From: Okamejei kenojei
Lineage: Eukaryota
Assembly (NCBI GenBank): GCA_035221665.1
Contig: CM069159.1
Location: forward strand, 21,638,001-21,702,000
Direction of reading: 5' to 3'
Length of the DNA: 64,000 nucleotides
A program made the position numbers and the translations under genes. The notes under the pieces were generated by a model. It was not told where the DNA came from. It saw only the letters and a list, made by a program, of their open reading frames with translations, and did not search any database. Of this stretch, positions 24,550-37,379 are shown in pieces (the first letter of the stretch is position 1; the number at the start of each line of letters is the position of its first letter).

Positions 24550-27500
24550 AATAAAGCGGAACATTTGTTGAAGGCAAATGTCCAAGTAATTATTTGAAGC
24601 TATTGATCAGTTAAGAGAACAAATAAAGATAAAGTAGTTGATGTCATGGAAAAATATTTAAAAGGTGTTTGATAAATCCTGTCAGCAAAATTTAATCCTA
24701 TGGAATAAAATGCTCAGTAAAATTGGCGTAGGAACAGGAAACAGAATGGTGGTAACTGTTCTTTTTTTTGTAAAGGGATAGGTTTGCAATGGTGTTCCCT
24801 GAAGATTTATCCTTGGATATAGCTTTCATTTATGTATAACTCTGCACTGAATGAACTGGGAAACATATTGGATTGTGCAAAAGACAAAACTTGGAAATCC
24901 AGTAAAAAGTGAGGGGGTTAATGTTGGACATCAAGAGGACATAGAGGGGCAATACTGGAATGAGGGCACATTTAGAAGATTACAGTTTATGTAAACTAAA
25001 CGTAACACGTTTTAGCAAGAAAATCAAATCTAAAAAACTGTATTCGATGCAAGAGTTTTTTGGGGTATAGAAACAATTTACCAAGATAGTTCCAGGGATG
25101 AGGGAATTGAGTTATGTGGATAAACTGGGAAGGTAGGGTGATTGCATTTAGAATGCAAAATGTTGACGAGATATTTTGTGTTCACGGTCATAAAGATAAA
25201 ATAAATACTGAGGAACTTGTTTCCAATAATAGATGTGTCAAGAGGCACAAGGTATAGATTTAGATTGATTGGCAGGCAAAAGGAAAGTATTAAGTAAAAA
25301 TGTTCATACTGTAGCGGCAGCATACGTGGTGAATAAAGGTGAGATGTCAGGTCGGTTCAAACGGTTCTTTATTCATTAGTGGCACGTTAGGTGGGTGCGC
25401 TAACTATATTACAAAGTTACTGTAGCTGAACGAGGTTGTACTCTCAGGCTCAGCTACCTGTTGACTCTTCCCAGGTCTCGAGGTAAGAGACCTTATGTAC
25501 CAGGACACTCCCTCTAGCCCACGACGTCACGTGCCCGCCCTCGTATCTCCTGACGAGGGTTCGAGCATAAGTGGCCCGAGTTTAGGCTGACGCCACAGGA
25601 CCCCCCCCCCCAGAACAGGAGGAAGGAATAGCATGGTCGAGGGGGGCTCCTGCATGTAGGTCTGGGGGACGCCCCGGGCGTGGGTCGGGACGGAGGGCTC
25701 CACAGGCGCAGTGACGCTCTGCGTGGGTGATCCCGAAGTACCGAGGGGTGCGAGGAGACCGATGCAGAAGCCGCCGGACAGAAGGCATCTGGGACACCCC
25801 TGGCATGGGTCAGGAAGGAGCTCTCCACGGGCGCAGTGATGCTCTGCATGTGAGATCCCGATGTACCGAGGGGTGCGAGGAGACCGATGAGACACGGCCG
25901 TGTCTCCTTGACCAGCTAAGGGAGAGTGTCCTGTGAAATACGGCCCCCAACAACGATGGGGCAAAAAAACTAAATAAAATAAACAAACTAATTTCTGAAC
26001 CATGCAGGGCAAAGCAGTGAACACAAAAATGAACAGTAAAACAAAAAAAAACTAATCACAGTGCAATCAGTGTCCAATGTTCAAATTGTCCAGTGCTCAT
26101 AGTGCAGGAACAGCATCCAGCTGGAAGGTGGCGCTGTGGACGGCGGTGAGGCTGCAGTGACGGCATCCGGCCGGAAAATGGCGCTGTGGATGATGGTGAG
26201 GCTGCGGTGACGGCATCCGGCCAGAAGGTGGCGCTGCAGACGGCGGCCAGGTAAGTTCGCAGTTCACTTCCGGCCGGCCGCGGCCATTTTTGTAGTCGTC
26301 GGCCGCTTGTTTCAAGATGGTGCGGCGGCCATCTTGCCGGCCAAGTGAAGCGGACTGGTGCCGTGATTCAAGACCGGTGAGGAGCAGAAGGGCATCTTCG
26401 GCGGTCGCCACAGGTAAGCCCACCTTATCTGGTGGCTAGGCCCTGGGCAGCGGAAGGCGGGGCCAGGCGTGGTTCAGGGCAGGACGTGGAGCCGTGGCCA
26501 CGGTGAGGCCTGTTGCGCTGCCGGGTCTGAAGCATGAGCCCGGGTGCGGTACAGGGCGTGGAGACGAGGTGAGGCCTGGTGCGGTGTCCACAGTGAGTTG
26601 CGATGCAAGGCCCCGAGCCGGAGTCCATTGTCGGGAGCGGGAGAGTGGCAGGTACTCGTTCTCTGCTCCCAGAGTCGTCAGGCGTATGTCGGGATTGCCG
26701 TGGGCAGGAGGCTGCTAGGCTCGCAGCTCCTGCAGCAGCTGGTGGGGCAGCGGCGGCTGCTAAAACCTCTCCCCTCCGGTGGTCGGCTCCTGGCAGGTCT
26801 TGCAGGGGAGCTCGGCGGCCGTCACACAATGCCTGGAGCGGTGTGGGGTTTGGAAGTGGGGCCTGCCCCGTTGCCGGGAGCGGGAGAGCGGCAGTAGCCG
26901 CGGCTTCTCAGCTCCGTTGATCAGCAACTGGTGTGGAAGAGGCGGCATACCTCACTGCTGGGCTTGGTTGGCGGCAGCGTAGTTCTGCAGCGCTGGGCAA
27001 CCGGCTGCAGACATCAGGTCTCCCGAGGCTGCGTGCGTCAGGTGTCCAAATTTCTATTCGGACAGTCGGGGGTCACCATTGTAGCAGCACCATACGTGCT
27101 GAATAAAGGTGAGACGTCAGGTCGGTTCAAACGGTTCTTTATTCATTAGTGGCACGTTAGGTGGGTGCGCTAACTATATTACAAAGTTGCTGTAGCTGAG
27201 CGAGGTTGTACTCTCGGACTCAGCTACCTGTTGACTCTTCCCAGGTCTCGAGGTAAGAGATCTTATGTACCAGGACATTCCCTCTAGCCCATGACGTCAC
27301 GTGCCCACCCTCGTATCTCCTGACGAGGGTTCGAGCATAAGTGACCCGAGTTTAGGCTGACGCCACAATACTGTGAATGATCTGCAACATTCTGCCCGGA
27401 AGGGTGAAGAAAGCAGGTCCAGTCATGGCTTTCATAAGGAATTAGATAAATAATTGAAAGAAAATAAAAATGTACAAAAAGAGTTGGAAATGAGGCCAAT

Positions 27501-27580
27501 TAGATATTCTTCAAGAAATAGTGACCTTGAACGGATAGGAAAATGCATTCCTCTTGTGTTTTGATAATTCTATGACTCCA
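24550..27580 (+). mobile_element. Old degenerate CR1 LINE interrupted by an LTR element
   Basis: Decayed RT motifs (GATGTC...AAAGGTGTTTGATAA, GGTGTTCCC) at 24550-25309; the CR1 3' UTR resumes at 27368 and ends TTCTATGACTC. Confidence 0.65.
25310..27367 (-). mobile_element. Complete non-autonomous LTR retroelement (Gypsy-like signals), 2058 bp
   Basis: 288-bp LTRs at 25310-25597 and 27080-27367 with TG...CA ends; 13 mismatches and no indels by my count; 4-bp TSD ATAC; PBS TGGTGACCCCCGAC (tRNA-Trp-like) at 27078-27065; G-tract PPT beside 25598; AATAAA in the LTR; no gag/pol recognised. Confidence 0.92.
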
Positions 27581-27965
27581 TGTGTCAGTCTGCTTCTTGG
27601 CATCAAATGATAAAACAGTATAGAGAGTACAATCACTGTTTATCCTTCACCCATTCCCACTGACCATACTCCCTGTCCAGTCAGCTGTTTGTGCCAAAAC
27701 CTGATATTTTGTTCAAACAGTGGCCGAACATTACATCATATACTATAACTATATTTTTCAGCCTTGCGGCCTCATCCATTTGTTTCTGGGTTTTACGCCA
27801 AATTTCTCCCATCTCTCTTTTATTTTGATACTTCAAAATGATCAATACTTTTTTGCTATGTATATTGTACCATCAAAACCTCATCTTCATTTCACTGGAT
27901 TTAAATTATACAGGAGAGAGCTGAGCTGGGCACGGTGACCTGCACAATATAAGTGGGAATAAGTA

Positions 27966-29734
27966 ATAGTCATAGAGTGATACAGTGTAGAAACAGGCCC
28001 TTCAGCCCAAATTGCCCACATCGGCCAACAATGTCCCAGCTACACAAGTCCCACTTGCCAGCGCTTGGGACATATCCCTCCAAACCTGTCTAACCATGTA
28101 CCCGTCTAACTGTTTCATAAACGATGGGATAGTCCCAGCCTCAACTACCCCCTCTGGCAGCTTGTTCCATGCACAGACCACCCTTTGTGTGAAAAAGTTA
28201 CCCCTCAGATTCCTATTAAATCTTTTCCCCTTCACCTTGAACCTACGTCCTCTGGTCCTCGATTCCCCTACTCTGGGCAAGAGACTCTGTGCATATACCC
28301 GATCTATTCCTCTCATGATTTTGTGCACCTCCATAAGATCCCCCCTAATCCCCCTGCGCTCCATGGAATAGAGACCCAGCCTACTCAACCTCTCCCTATA
28401 GCTCACACTCTAGTCCTGACAACATCCTCTTAAATCTTTTCCAACCCCTTTTAAGCTTGACAATATCTTTCTTACAACATGGTGCCCAGAACTAAACACA
28501 ATATTCTTAATGCGGTCTCAACAACGTCTTATAAAACTGTAACATGACCTCCCAACTTCTACACTCAATACTCTGATGAAGGCCAAAGTGCCAAAAGTCT
28601 TTTTGACCACCTTATCTACCTGTGACTCGACCTTCAAGGAATCATGCACCTGTACTCCTAGATCCCTCTGCTCTACAACACTACCCAGAGGCCGACCATT
28701 TACTGTGTAGGTCCTGCCCTTGTTTGACATCCCAAAATCCAACATCTCAAACTTCTCTGTATTAAATTCCATCAACCATTCCTCCGTCCACCTGGCCAAT
28801 CGATCCAGATCCTGCTGCAATCTTTCACATCCATCTTCACTATCTGCAAAATCACTCACTTTTGTATCATCAGCAAACTTGTTAATCTTGCCCTGTATGT
28901 TCTCATCCAAAACATTGATGTAGACGACAAACAGTAACGGGCCCAGCACCCGAACCCTGAGGCACACCACTAGTCACAGACCTCCAGTCCAAGAAGCAGC
29001 CTTCCACCATTACCTTCTGCTTCCTTCCATGGAGCCAATTTGCTATCCATTCAGCTATCTCTCCTTGGATCCCACGCAATCTCACTTTCCAGAGCAGCCT
29101 ACCATGCTTAACCTTGTTGAATGCCTTACTGAAAGCCAAGTACACAACATGTACAGCTCTGCCCTCATCGATCTTTTTGGCCATGTCTTTAAAAAAAATC
29201 AATCAGATTTGTGAGACACGACCTCCCACGAACAAAACCATCCAAATACCTGTATAACCTATCCCACAGAATAATCTCTAGTAACGTTCCAGCTACAGAT
29301 GTTAAACTCACCGGATTATAGTTCCCAGCATTTGCCCTGTAGCCCTTCTTGAAAAGAGGCACAACATTTGCTACCCTCCAGTCTTCCAACACCTCTCCTT
29401 AATTTAAGGACGACTCGTAAATTTGAACCAGGGCTCCCGTAATTTCCTCTCTAGTTTCCCGCAATGCCCTCGGATATATCTGATCTGGCCCTGGAGATTT
29501 GTCTACCTTCAAACACGACAGTACCTGACAGTACACGACAAAATGAATTGACTTGACTGCTCTCAAGGCACTTCCGTTGACTGCCCCAAATTCCACCGAC
29601 CTACTGTCTTTCTCCTCGGTAAATACAGAGGAGAAATACTAATTGAGGGCCTTGCCCATCTCCTGTGGCTCCACACAGAGGTGACCGCTCTTGATTCCTG
29701 AGATGTCCCACTCTCTCTAGTTCCCTTGTCCCCC

Positions 29735-29774
<40 letters not shown>

Positions 29775-30200
29775 ACATAACTAGGAGGAGAGGGGAAAGA
29801 GGAGGGAGGAGGGCGAAGAGGAGGGGGGGAGTGCTGGGGGATGAGGGGAAATGAACACTGCTTGCGCAGTTGGGGGCTATGCGTGAGTGGTGCAATATTG
29901 CGTTGGGGGGACGGGTTGCATTGGAGGAACAAGTGAGTGGTGGAATATTGCATTGGAGAACAGGTTGCTTTGAGGGACCAGGCCTCCCACTTAGTCTAGT
30001 ATATGTATTAAATATTTTGTGATTGTCCTTAATGCTACCCGCCACAGCTATCTCCTGGCCCCTTTTTGCCCTTCTGATCTCCTTTTTCAGTTTACTCCTT
30101 AGTTCCCAAAATTCCTCTAGGGATGCACTTGATCCCAGCAGCCTATACCTGTCCCATGCATCCTTCGTGTTTTTGACCAACGCCTCAATTTCCGTTGTCA
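27966..30200 (-). mobile_element. CR1 (HER1-like) LINE, 5'-truncated, frameshifted ORF2
   Basis: ORF pieces DWRVANVVPLFKKG, SGVPQGS, LGPLLFVVYIN, KFADDTK, QRDLGVQV, RGNFFTQRVV..WNKLP. Confidence 0.95.
29738..29999 (+). mobile_element. Non-autonomous Helitron (262 bp) nested in CR1
   Basis: A|TC 5' end with (TCTA)n; imperfect GGGA...TCCC hairpin at 29974-29988; CTAG|T 3' end; no TSD; CR1 continues on both sides. Confidence 0.8.
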
Positions 30201-31075
30201 GGTTTTTAATAAAACTTCCACAAAGATTATGACGACTACTTGAGATGAAAGGATTTTGCACATCTTTACTGCCTGATGATCTAATCACCCTGATACAACA
30301 CAGCTGAGCCTCGTGCTACAAGGCACACATGCAACAGAGGTCACTTCCTGTCATTCGGGAACAGAAATCTTGGCTGAGATTTTCCTTTGTATCTCAGGGG
30401 GGGAATGAGGCCTATTCATGCCGGCATTTCAAACACCCATTGTGACCAACTAACAAACATAACCTGAAAATTGAAAAATTCTGTGTTCCTGAGAGTCTGC
30501 CAGATGGTATCATTTCTCCCTGAACAGCCTTAGGATAATTGACTAATTTTCGATGATTCAACAAACCTTTAAGTGACCAGGACGTTCCAAATATTTTAAG
30601 TATATAGAATGTTCGTTGTACCAATCGATGTTTTTAAGAAATCCAAATCACATAGATTCAAATGATTATTGCAAATATGTTGGAAATGAAAATGTAGTAA
30701 TTATCAATATATAATCTACAATATATTCTATTTTAATGGGCAGAGATCTGGAAATATTATATAGCAATATCTTTGTCAGTTTAAGTGATATTAAGCTCTA
30801 ATTTATAATAATAACAGCAGATCATCAGTTATCATTTGCCCAATGTTTTTTTCACTTCCAACTTTAAAAAAAAATAATGTTCTTGTTGGTGATAAACCCT
30901 GGTAAAATGTTAATGTCAATGTGATTATCAAGAATTTTATTTTATTAAGCACTGTTTCCAGAATGTGGAAAGGAATGTATAATAGCCCGATTATGAAACC
31001 ACAACTAAATAATAAATCATAAATGCCAGGTATTATTCTCTCCTCTTACCAACCTATGATTATTATGCTGGATAA

Positions 31076-31260
31076 TAATGCTGGAGTAACTCAGCGGAAC
31101 AGGCAACATCTCTTGAGAGAAGGAATGGATGATGTTGCAGGTCTCAACCTGATACATCACCCATTCCTTCTCTCCAGAGGTGCAGCCTGTCCCGCTGAGT
31201 TACTCCAGCATTTTGTGTTTATCTTCGGTGTAAACCAGTATCTGCAGTTCCTTCCTACAT
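31076..31260. repeat. Foldback pair of Penelope-derived repeats
   Basis: AATGCTGGAGTAACTCAGCGG ... CCGCTGAGTTACTCCAGCATT inverted arms. Confidence 0.85.
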
Positions 31261-31299
31261 AAACATCCCAACATAAATCTCTGTAGAATACCAATGGCC

Positions 31300-32240
31300 A
31301 TAGTCCTCACCGTGGTCATAGAACAACACACTTCCACCACTACTTTTTGTCTTCTAAAGGTAAAACAGTTCTTAATCCAAATTACTTTGTATTCCTTGCA
31401 TTTTAATGTTCTAGATCAGCCTACTGAGAGGGTCCTTATCAAATGCCTTAATAAAGTATATGCAGACTACAACGATTGCCCTACCCTCGTCAATCACATT
31501 TCTCACCTCCTCATAAAGATCAATCAAGTTCATAAGACATGACGTGCCCCGGACAAAGCCATACCAACAGTCCCAATTTAGTCAATACTCTTCGAAATGC
31601 AAGCGATCTTATCAATGAGAATCCTTACCAATATGTTCCCTCCCACTGACCGTATCCTATAAGTTCTTGAATTATTGCTATTTCCTTTCTTAAACAAAGG
31701 AACAACAGTTCTCGAGGCCTCCAGAACCTCATCTGCAGCTGGACAGAATACAAAGATCTTCCATCAAGGCCCCAGAAACCCTGTCTCTTGCCTCCATCAT
31801 TATTCTGGGATGGATCCCATCAGGTTCTGAGGATTTACTCACAATAATGCTCTTCAAGAGATTCAACACCACTACTTTCTTGACCCTAAAATGCCCCAGC
31901 ATATTTGTATACCTCACTGATCCTACTATCATCCATCCCCTTCTTCATGAATACCAATGCAAGTGCTCATTTAGTACCTCCGTACATCCTCCGACTACAA
32001 GCCTTTTCTTTATCCTTGAGTGACATTGCCTATTCCCAAATTACCCTCTTGTTTTTAATGTATGTTTAAAAACCTTGTAGATTACCTGTAATCTGATTTA
32101 CCAATGACAAATCATGGTCTCTTCTGGCCCTTCCAATTCCCTGCTTGAGTTCTTTCCTGCTTTTTTTCTGTTCAAAGGCTTTGTCTAATTTCAGCTTCCT
32201 AAACCTCACAATGCTTCTTTTCCTGAGGAAGTGCATATGG
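31300..32240 (-). mobile_element. Degenerate CR1 LINE ORF2 fragment
   Basis: KSSEPDGIHPRIMMEARDRVSGAL and KELKQGIGRARRDHD..LVNQITGNLQGF are CR1-like peptides. Confidence 0.8.
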
Positions 32241-33759
32241 CTTTTGCTAAAGGCCAACACATAGTTTTATGGTCCCCTTAACTGAAACGAGATTTTGTGT
32301 ATGTATTTGTCAAGCAGAACCAAAATTTATTTTGACATTGAAGAATGCTTGAATGAAGAACAAACAATTTTCCCATTTCTAAGCCTGTTGCTTGATATTC
32401 TGCTCAATGCCTTTCTCTGCATGATCAAGGACTCACACCAAAGTTTAGTTGGCACACAAAATCCATTAATGAACTATTAGATTCAACTACTGAAAATACT
32501 GATGTAGAAAACACATTCCTGGACCTAAGGGCATCGCAATATTTTTTAACAGATCAGTTAATCTTTGAGAATAAACTTTTTGACCTCCCAATTTGCAAAC
32601 TGTTTATTTCATTTCAAAGTTTATTTTCATCATTTGGATATTTTTAAATCAACTGGAATTTGGAAATAAAGGTGCCCATCGCTATCATGTGAACTTTTTG
32701 CCCAAACTCAATCCAATAATACGGTTACTCAATATGGTTTTCACTATGACAGAATAATCCTAAATTGACACACATCCTAAACTATTTTAAGTTATAGAAA
32801 TAAATGAATGACAATAAAAACATTGGCATGAAATATGAGGATGCACAACATATGGAAACATAAAAACTATTATTCGTAACAAAATTATTTTAAAACTATG
32901 ATGTTTTAGTTAATACCATTAAAAAGTTTGTATTTTAAGTATAATCTTCTTCAATCCACTGCACCTTTTGAAGTTTGATTGCTAGTTTAAAGTGGGTATA
33001 AGGCTGTCAAGTGGCACACAAGATTAACAATATAATCTTATGTCGATTGAGTTATGAACATTGGCCCATAATAGGAGAGAACCCGGTAGTCTGTTAAGAG
33101 AGGTCAAAAGGTCACAATTTAATACCCAATTCAAAAGTCAGTCCTTCAATTGTTTCAACAATCTTTTCGCATTTGCATTTGCAACATTTTTGTTGCTCAA
33201 GTAGGATGTGCATACGCTACCATCTGACTTAAAAATGGGAACCAATCAACAATGTGGCAACTGACATACTTCCTAAGTAGTCCCACAGGATCAAGGATAA
33301 TTTCCTTCCGCACTGATTCTTTAATTGCTCAGATTAATGTGGGACCTGCAAACTTTGTCACCAGTCAGGACAAATGGATGGATAATATGGCAAGGTGGCG
33401 TGCTCTTTCCATCACTTACCTTGAATTATGAATGCCTCAAAACCATTGAACCAAGGATCTCAATGCCATTCTGTTTGAGCACCCTTGGACCAGGGATTCC
33501 CAAAAGCTATCACTGGGGTCCTCCTCAGTCACCACCTACTGTTCCCTAAATCGCAGTATTAATTTCATTTCATCAGCAATTCGATGAACATCGCCTTCAC
33601 TATGTTATAACTTCAACAAATCTGTGTCAATCAAAAGATGTGACTTTTTTTAATCTCAATGTCTTCAATTTTGTCAATCCAGGTTGTGCAGATTTCTCTT
33701 TAATTGTGCTTGCCTGCAGAAATTAATCTCCTTCTTACATTTGTTTCATGGCAGCATGT

Positions 33760-34310
33760 AAGCTTTTACCACCTCAGGCAGCTGAGGAAATTCAGAGTCT
33801 CTCTGAGGATCCTTCAGTGCTTCTACTCTGGGGCTGAAGAAAGCATTTTGTCCGGCAACATCACAAACCGGTTTGGGAACAGCTCTGCCCAGGACAGGAA
33901 GGCTCTGCAGAGAGTAGTGCATTCGGCAAAACGCACTATGGGAACTACACTCACCCCCCTACAGGACCTACACACCAGGAGGTGCAAATCCAGAGTCAGC
34001 AACATTATGGGGGACCACAGCAACGGACTGTTCCAGCTGCTACGGTCAGGCAAATGCCTCCGCTGTCATGCTGTGAAAACAGAGGATGAGACGGAGTTTC
34101 TTCCCACAGGCCATTAGGACTGTAAACGCTTATCTCACCAGGGACTAATTTACAGTTGTGTTGCGTCTTTTGTAAAAAATAATTTTCTAACATATAAATA
34201 CTGATTCTGTTCTATTCTGTTCTGTAGTTTTGCACAATCCGCAGGCATTGCCACTTTCATTTCACTGCACATCTTGCATGTGTATGTGACAAACAAAGTT
34301 GACTTGAAGC
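33760..34310 (+). mobile_element. Rex1/Babar LINE 3' fragment
   Basis: YHLRQLRKF...FYSGAEESILSGNIT...DRKALQRVV...GLFQLLRSGK; GTTGACTTGA tail. Confidence 0.88.
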
Positions 34311-34884
34311 TGCGATCTCACTGAATGGTCCTTCGTGTTACTGATCACGACTTCAGCAGTGAAATGTTAAGCGCATCTTATTGGTGTACTCGCCTCAGAA
34401 AAAGCAGATTTGTCATTAAATCAGTTTGAGGTCCTGGTTTGCTTGCTCTGTATACATCAAGTAAATGTTCATTACCCATGCTAACACTCTCACCGAATAG
34501 TATTTGCAAAACTTCTAGTGAACACTGAGGAAATATATAGTGCAAAATGATGCTACCACTTACCAATGTTGCTCATTTACAACATACTTTGTACAACAAC
34601 GTCCAACACATGGTGATCAGCAAGCACAAAACATTGTCCCACAGATAGTATTGGACAAAGTGTTTTCAATTATATTGGTTGAAGGTTAAACATTGTGTAG
34701 AATATTACGATAATTCTCCTGAGTATACCCAAAATATTGCCTCAAAGAATGGGATTTTGAATTATGCCTTAAATGCTGCACCAAATAAACAGCCGCTAGT
34801 ATGCACAAGCGCTTAACTACATTCATCATTATTTTTATTCTGAACAATTATCAACTATTATATCAACTTTTTTTCCATTTCTCT

Positions 34885-35625
34885 AATAATAATAATAATA
34901 ATAATAATAACTTTTATTGTCATTACACATAAGTGCAACGAGATTTGGTTTGCAACTTCCATCCGATGTCATAACTTAACCGACAAGTAAAATTTAGGTT
35001 TAAATACCCCCGAGAACAAGGTTTGTAAAAACGAACATTAGACCAGTAAAATCAACACAGACTAAAGTGCGAGGCCGGGGGAGACAGTCCATGGGGGTGG
35101 GGGGGTACTCAGCAGGGCCGGTTCAGAGCCGCTATAGCTCTGGGAATGTAGCTGTTCCTGAGTCTGCTGGTGCGGGCATAGAAGGCCTTGTAACGTCTGC
35201 CGGAAGGGAGTAGTTCGAACAGTCCATTACAAGGGTGAGAGGAGTCTTTATGTATGCTGACGGCCTTCCTGAGGCACCGTGTGTGGTAGATGCCCTCCAA
35301 GGCTGGTAGCGTTGTCCCAATAATCTGTTGCGCTCTGTGGACGACGCGCTGAAGAGCTGTCCTCTCCGCCTCCGTGCAGCTGAGATACCACACAGAGATG
35401 CCATACGTTAGTATGCTCTCTGTGGTGCAGCGGTAGAAGGTCGTCAGCAGCTGTTAGGGCAGACCAGTCCGTTTCAATGTTCTTAGGAAGAACAGTCGTT
35501 GCTGTGCCTTTTTGACCAGCGCAGCGGTGTTGGTGAACCATGTGAGGTCCTCTGAGATGTGAGTGCCCAGAAACTTGAAGCTGGACACTCTCTCCACACT
35601 GTCTCCGTAGATGGAGATTGGGGTG
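34885..35625 (-). mobile_element. Rex1/Babar LINE 3' fragment with (TTA)n tail
   Basis: WYLSCTEAERTALQRVV...SHPCNGLFELLPSGRRY...RTSRLRNSYIPRAI. Confidence 0.9.
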
Positions 35626-36813
35626 TATTCGACTTAAGATCCTGTAAAAAGTTTATGACCTCCAATTGCCTTCCTCTGATTGATACCAAAAACAGCACAA
35701 CTGTGCCTCTGACTCACTGGACTCCAGCAGTGCTACTACACTTTACATCAATTCAAGAACTGGGTTTAAATATCTGTCATGATTTGGCAAACACAGGTGG
35801 ATGATTTTTTAAAAATCTCCAAATTCCTCTTGAGGAGTAAGTTGCGTTTCCAGAGGCATTTCACTATAACACAATTGAGGGAGAATTAACATGAGAATTT
35901 TTTCATATTCAAGTAAGCATGATTTACAAGATGGCAAGTTAAAACAGGGTTGAAGTTTAAATAATCATACTTTTCAATGCATATTAATGCAAGAATTTCT
36001 TCAACTATTTACAAATCTTTTGTACTTCCGACCATTCCGTTTCCACTTATCTTTCAGCTTCTCTTTCTCAAGGGCTCATTTCCCATTGCATAATGGAACT
36101 TTTATCAATGCTTTCCTGTAATAGAATGATTGCGGAGCAAGGCCTAGCTTCCTGTTTACTGACACCATTCAAAGCAATTGCCCCAGGAATTGTCTCCATG
36201 ACGACAAATAGGCTGTAGATTCAAAGCTGGAGTATTCAGACATGCATTCTTCAAGTGGTTCTCATTTTTTGTTAAGTGGAGATTATGTTTGCTTGTTCAA
36301 TTATTTAATGTTGATATCAAAACACCTATAAAACTTATTCGATTAAATTCAAAATGACGTGAAAACAAAATCAGATGGTTTCTTAAAATTAAAACAAATC
36401 AGGCAGTAAACAACATCTCATAGAAAATACCTCATCTTACCAAATGCTTATTTTACAAACAATTAATTGGAGACTTCCTACCCAGGCACAATATCAGACA
36501 TCAACGGTGAACTATAGGATACTCTCTATTAGTTGTAGAGGTCAAACAGGAACGTTTTATTTGCACAAATCTCCATCTGTCTAATAGGATAACCTTCAGA
36601 AACTCGAAAATTTCAAACTCCAGTGGGGTACTCACATTTAAATTTGGGAGCAAATCAACTTGAATTCACTTAGATTTATCAAGCCATTTATTAAAATACA
36701 ATCTGGTTTTAACCTCTGAATGCTTGTTTGTCAAAAATATGAATACCATATTTTTGATGGTACTGCATAAAACATGTGAAAATTGTGTAATATATGCATC
36801 TAAAAGGGCCTTA

Positions 36814-36978
36814 GAGCGGCCACGGTGGCACAGTGGTAGAGTTGCTGCCTTGCAGCGCTTGCAGTGCCAGAGACGGGGTTCGATCCCCACCACGGGTGCT
36901 CTCTGTATGGAGTTTGTACGTTCTCCCCGTGACCTGCGTAGATTTTCTCTGAGATCTTCAGTTTCCTCCCACACTCCA
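36814..36978 (+). mobile_element. tRNA-derived V-SINE (HE1-like), 5' part
   Basis: A box TGGCACAGTGG at 36826, B box GGTTCGATCCC at 36877, V-domain TATGGAGTTTGTACGTTCTCCCCGTG. Confidence 0.88.
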
Positions 36979-37379
36979 GAGAAGTGTGAAGACAGGAGGT
37001 CTTCAACATGTCATTTTTTCAACTGTTCTAAACTTGCCAAGTAGGTCGCCCAAGTGGGACAGCCCCTTTAAGGATTGCATGAACTCCCCTTCAAACCCTT
37101 GTTTACCAACTGTAGGACCTTTATCAGATTTGACAGTCCTGGATTTTAAAAATTCAAGTAATTCCCCGTGGTTTTGAAAACCTTAGCAATTGAAAAATAG
37201 CAGATATTCTGAACTACAAGATAACAATTGCAATCTTGTGAGTTTAAGATGTTAGCAAAAGCTGAACTTTACACAAGTGCACACTTAAACTTCCCCACAG
37301 TGTGCTGATGTGTTATAGAGGTCATGACATGACCCTCCAGTATGATGAGTCGGGTACATACTGTTGGGAAGCATCTGTG

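Noticed and set aside
25514-27149. Many 60-165 aa ORFs in the LTR element interior as possible gag
   Set aside because: No zinc knuckle, capsid or protease motif seen; explained by high GC content.
36814-36890. Possible tRNA gene
   Set aside because: The A/B boxes continue into a V-SINE body; no cloverleaf or terminator.
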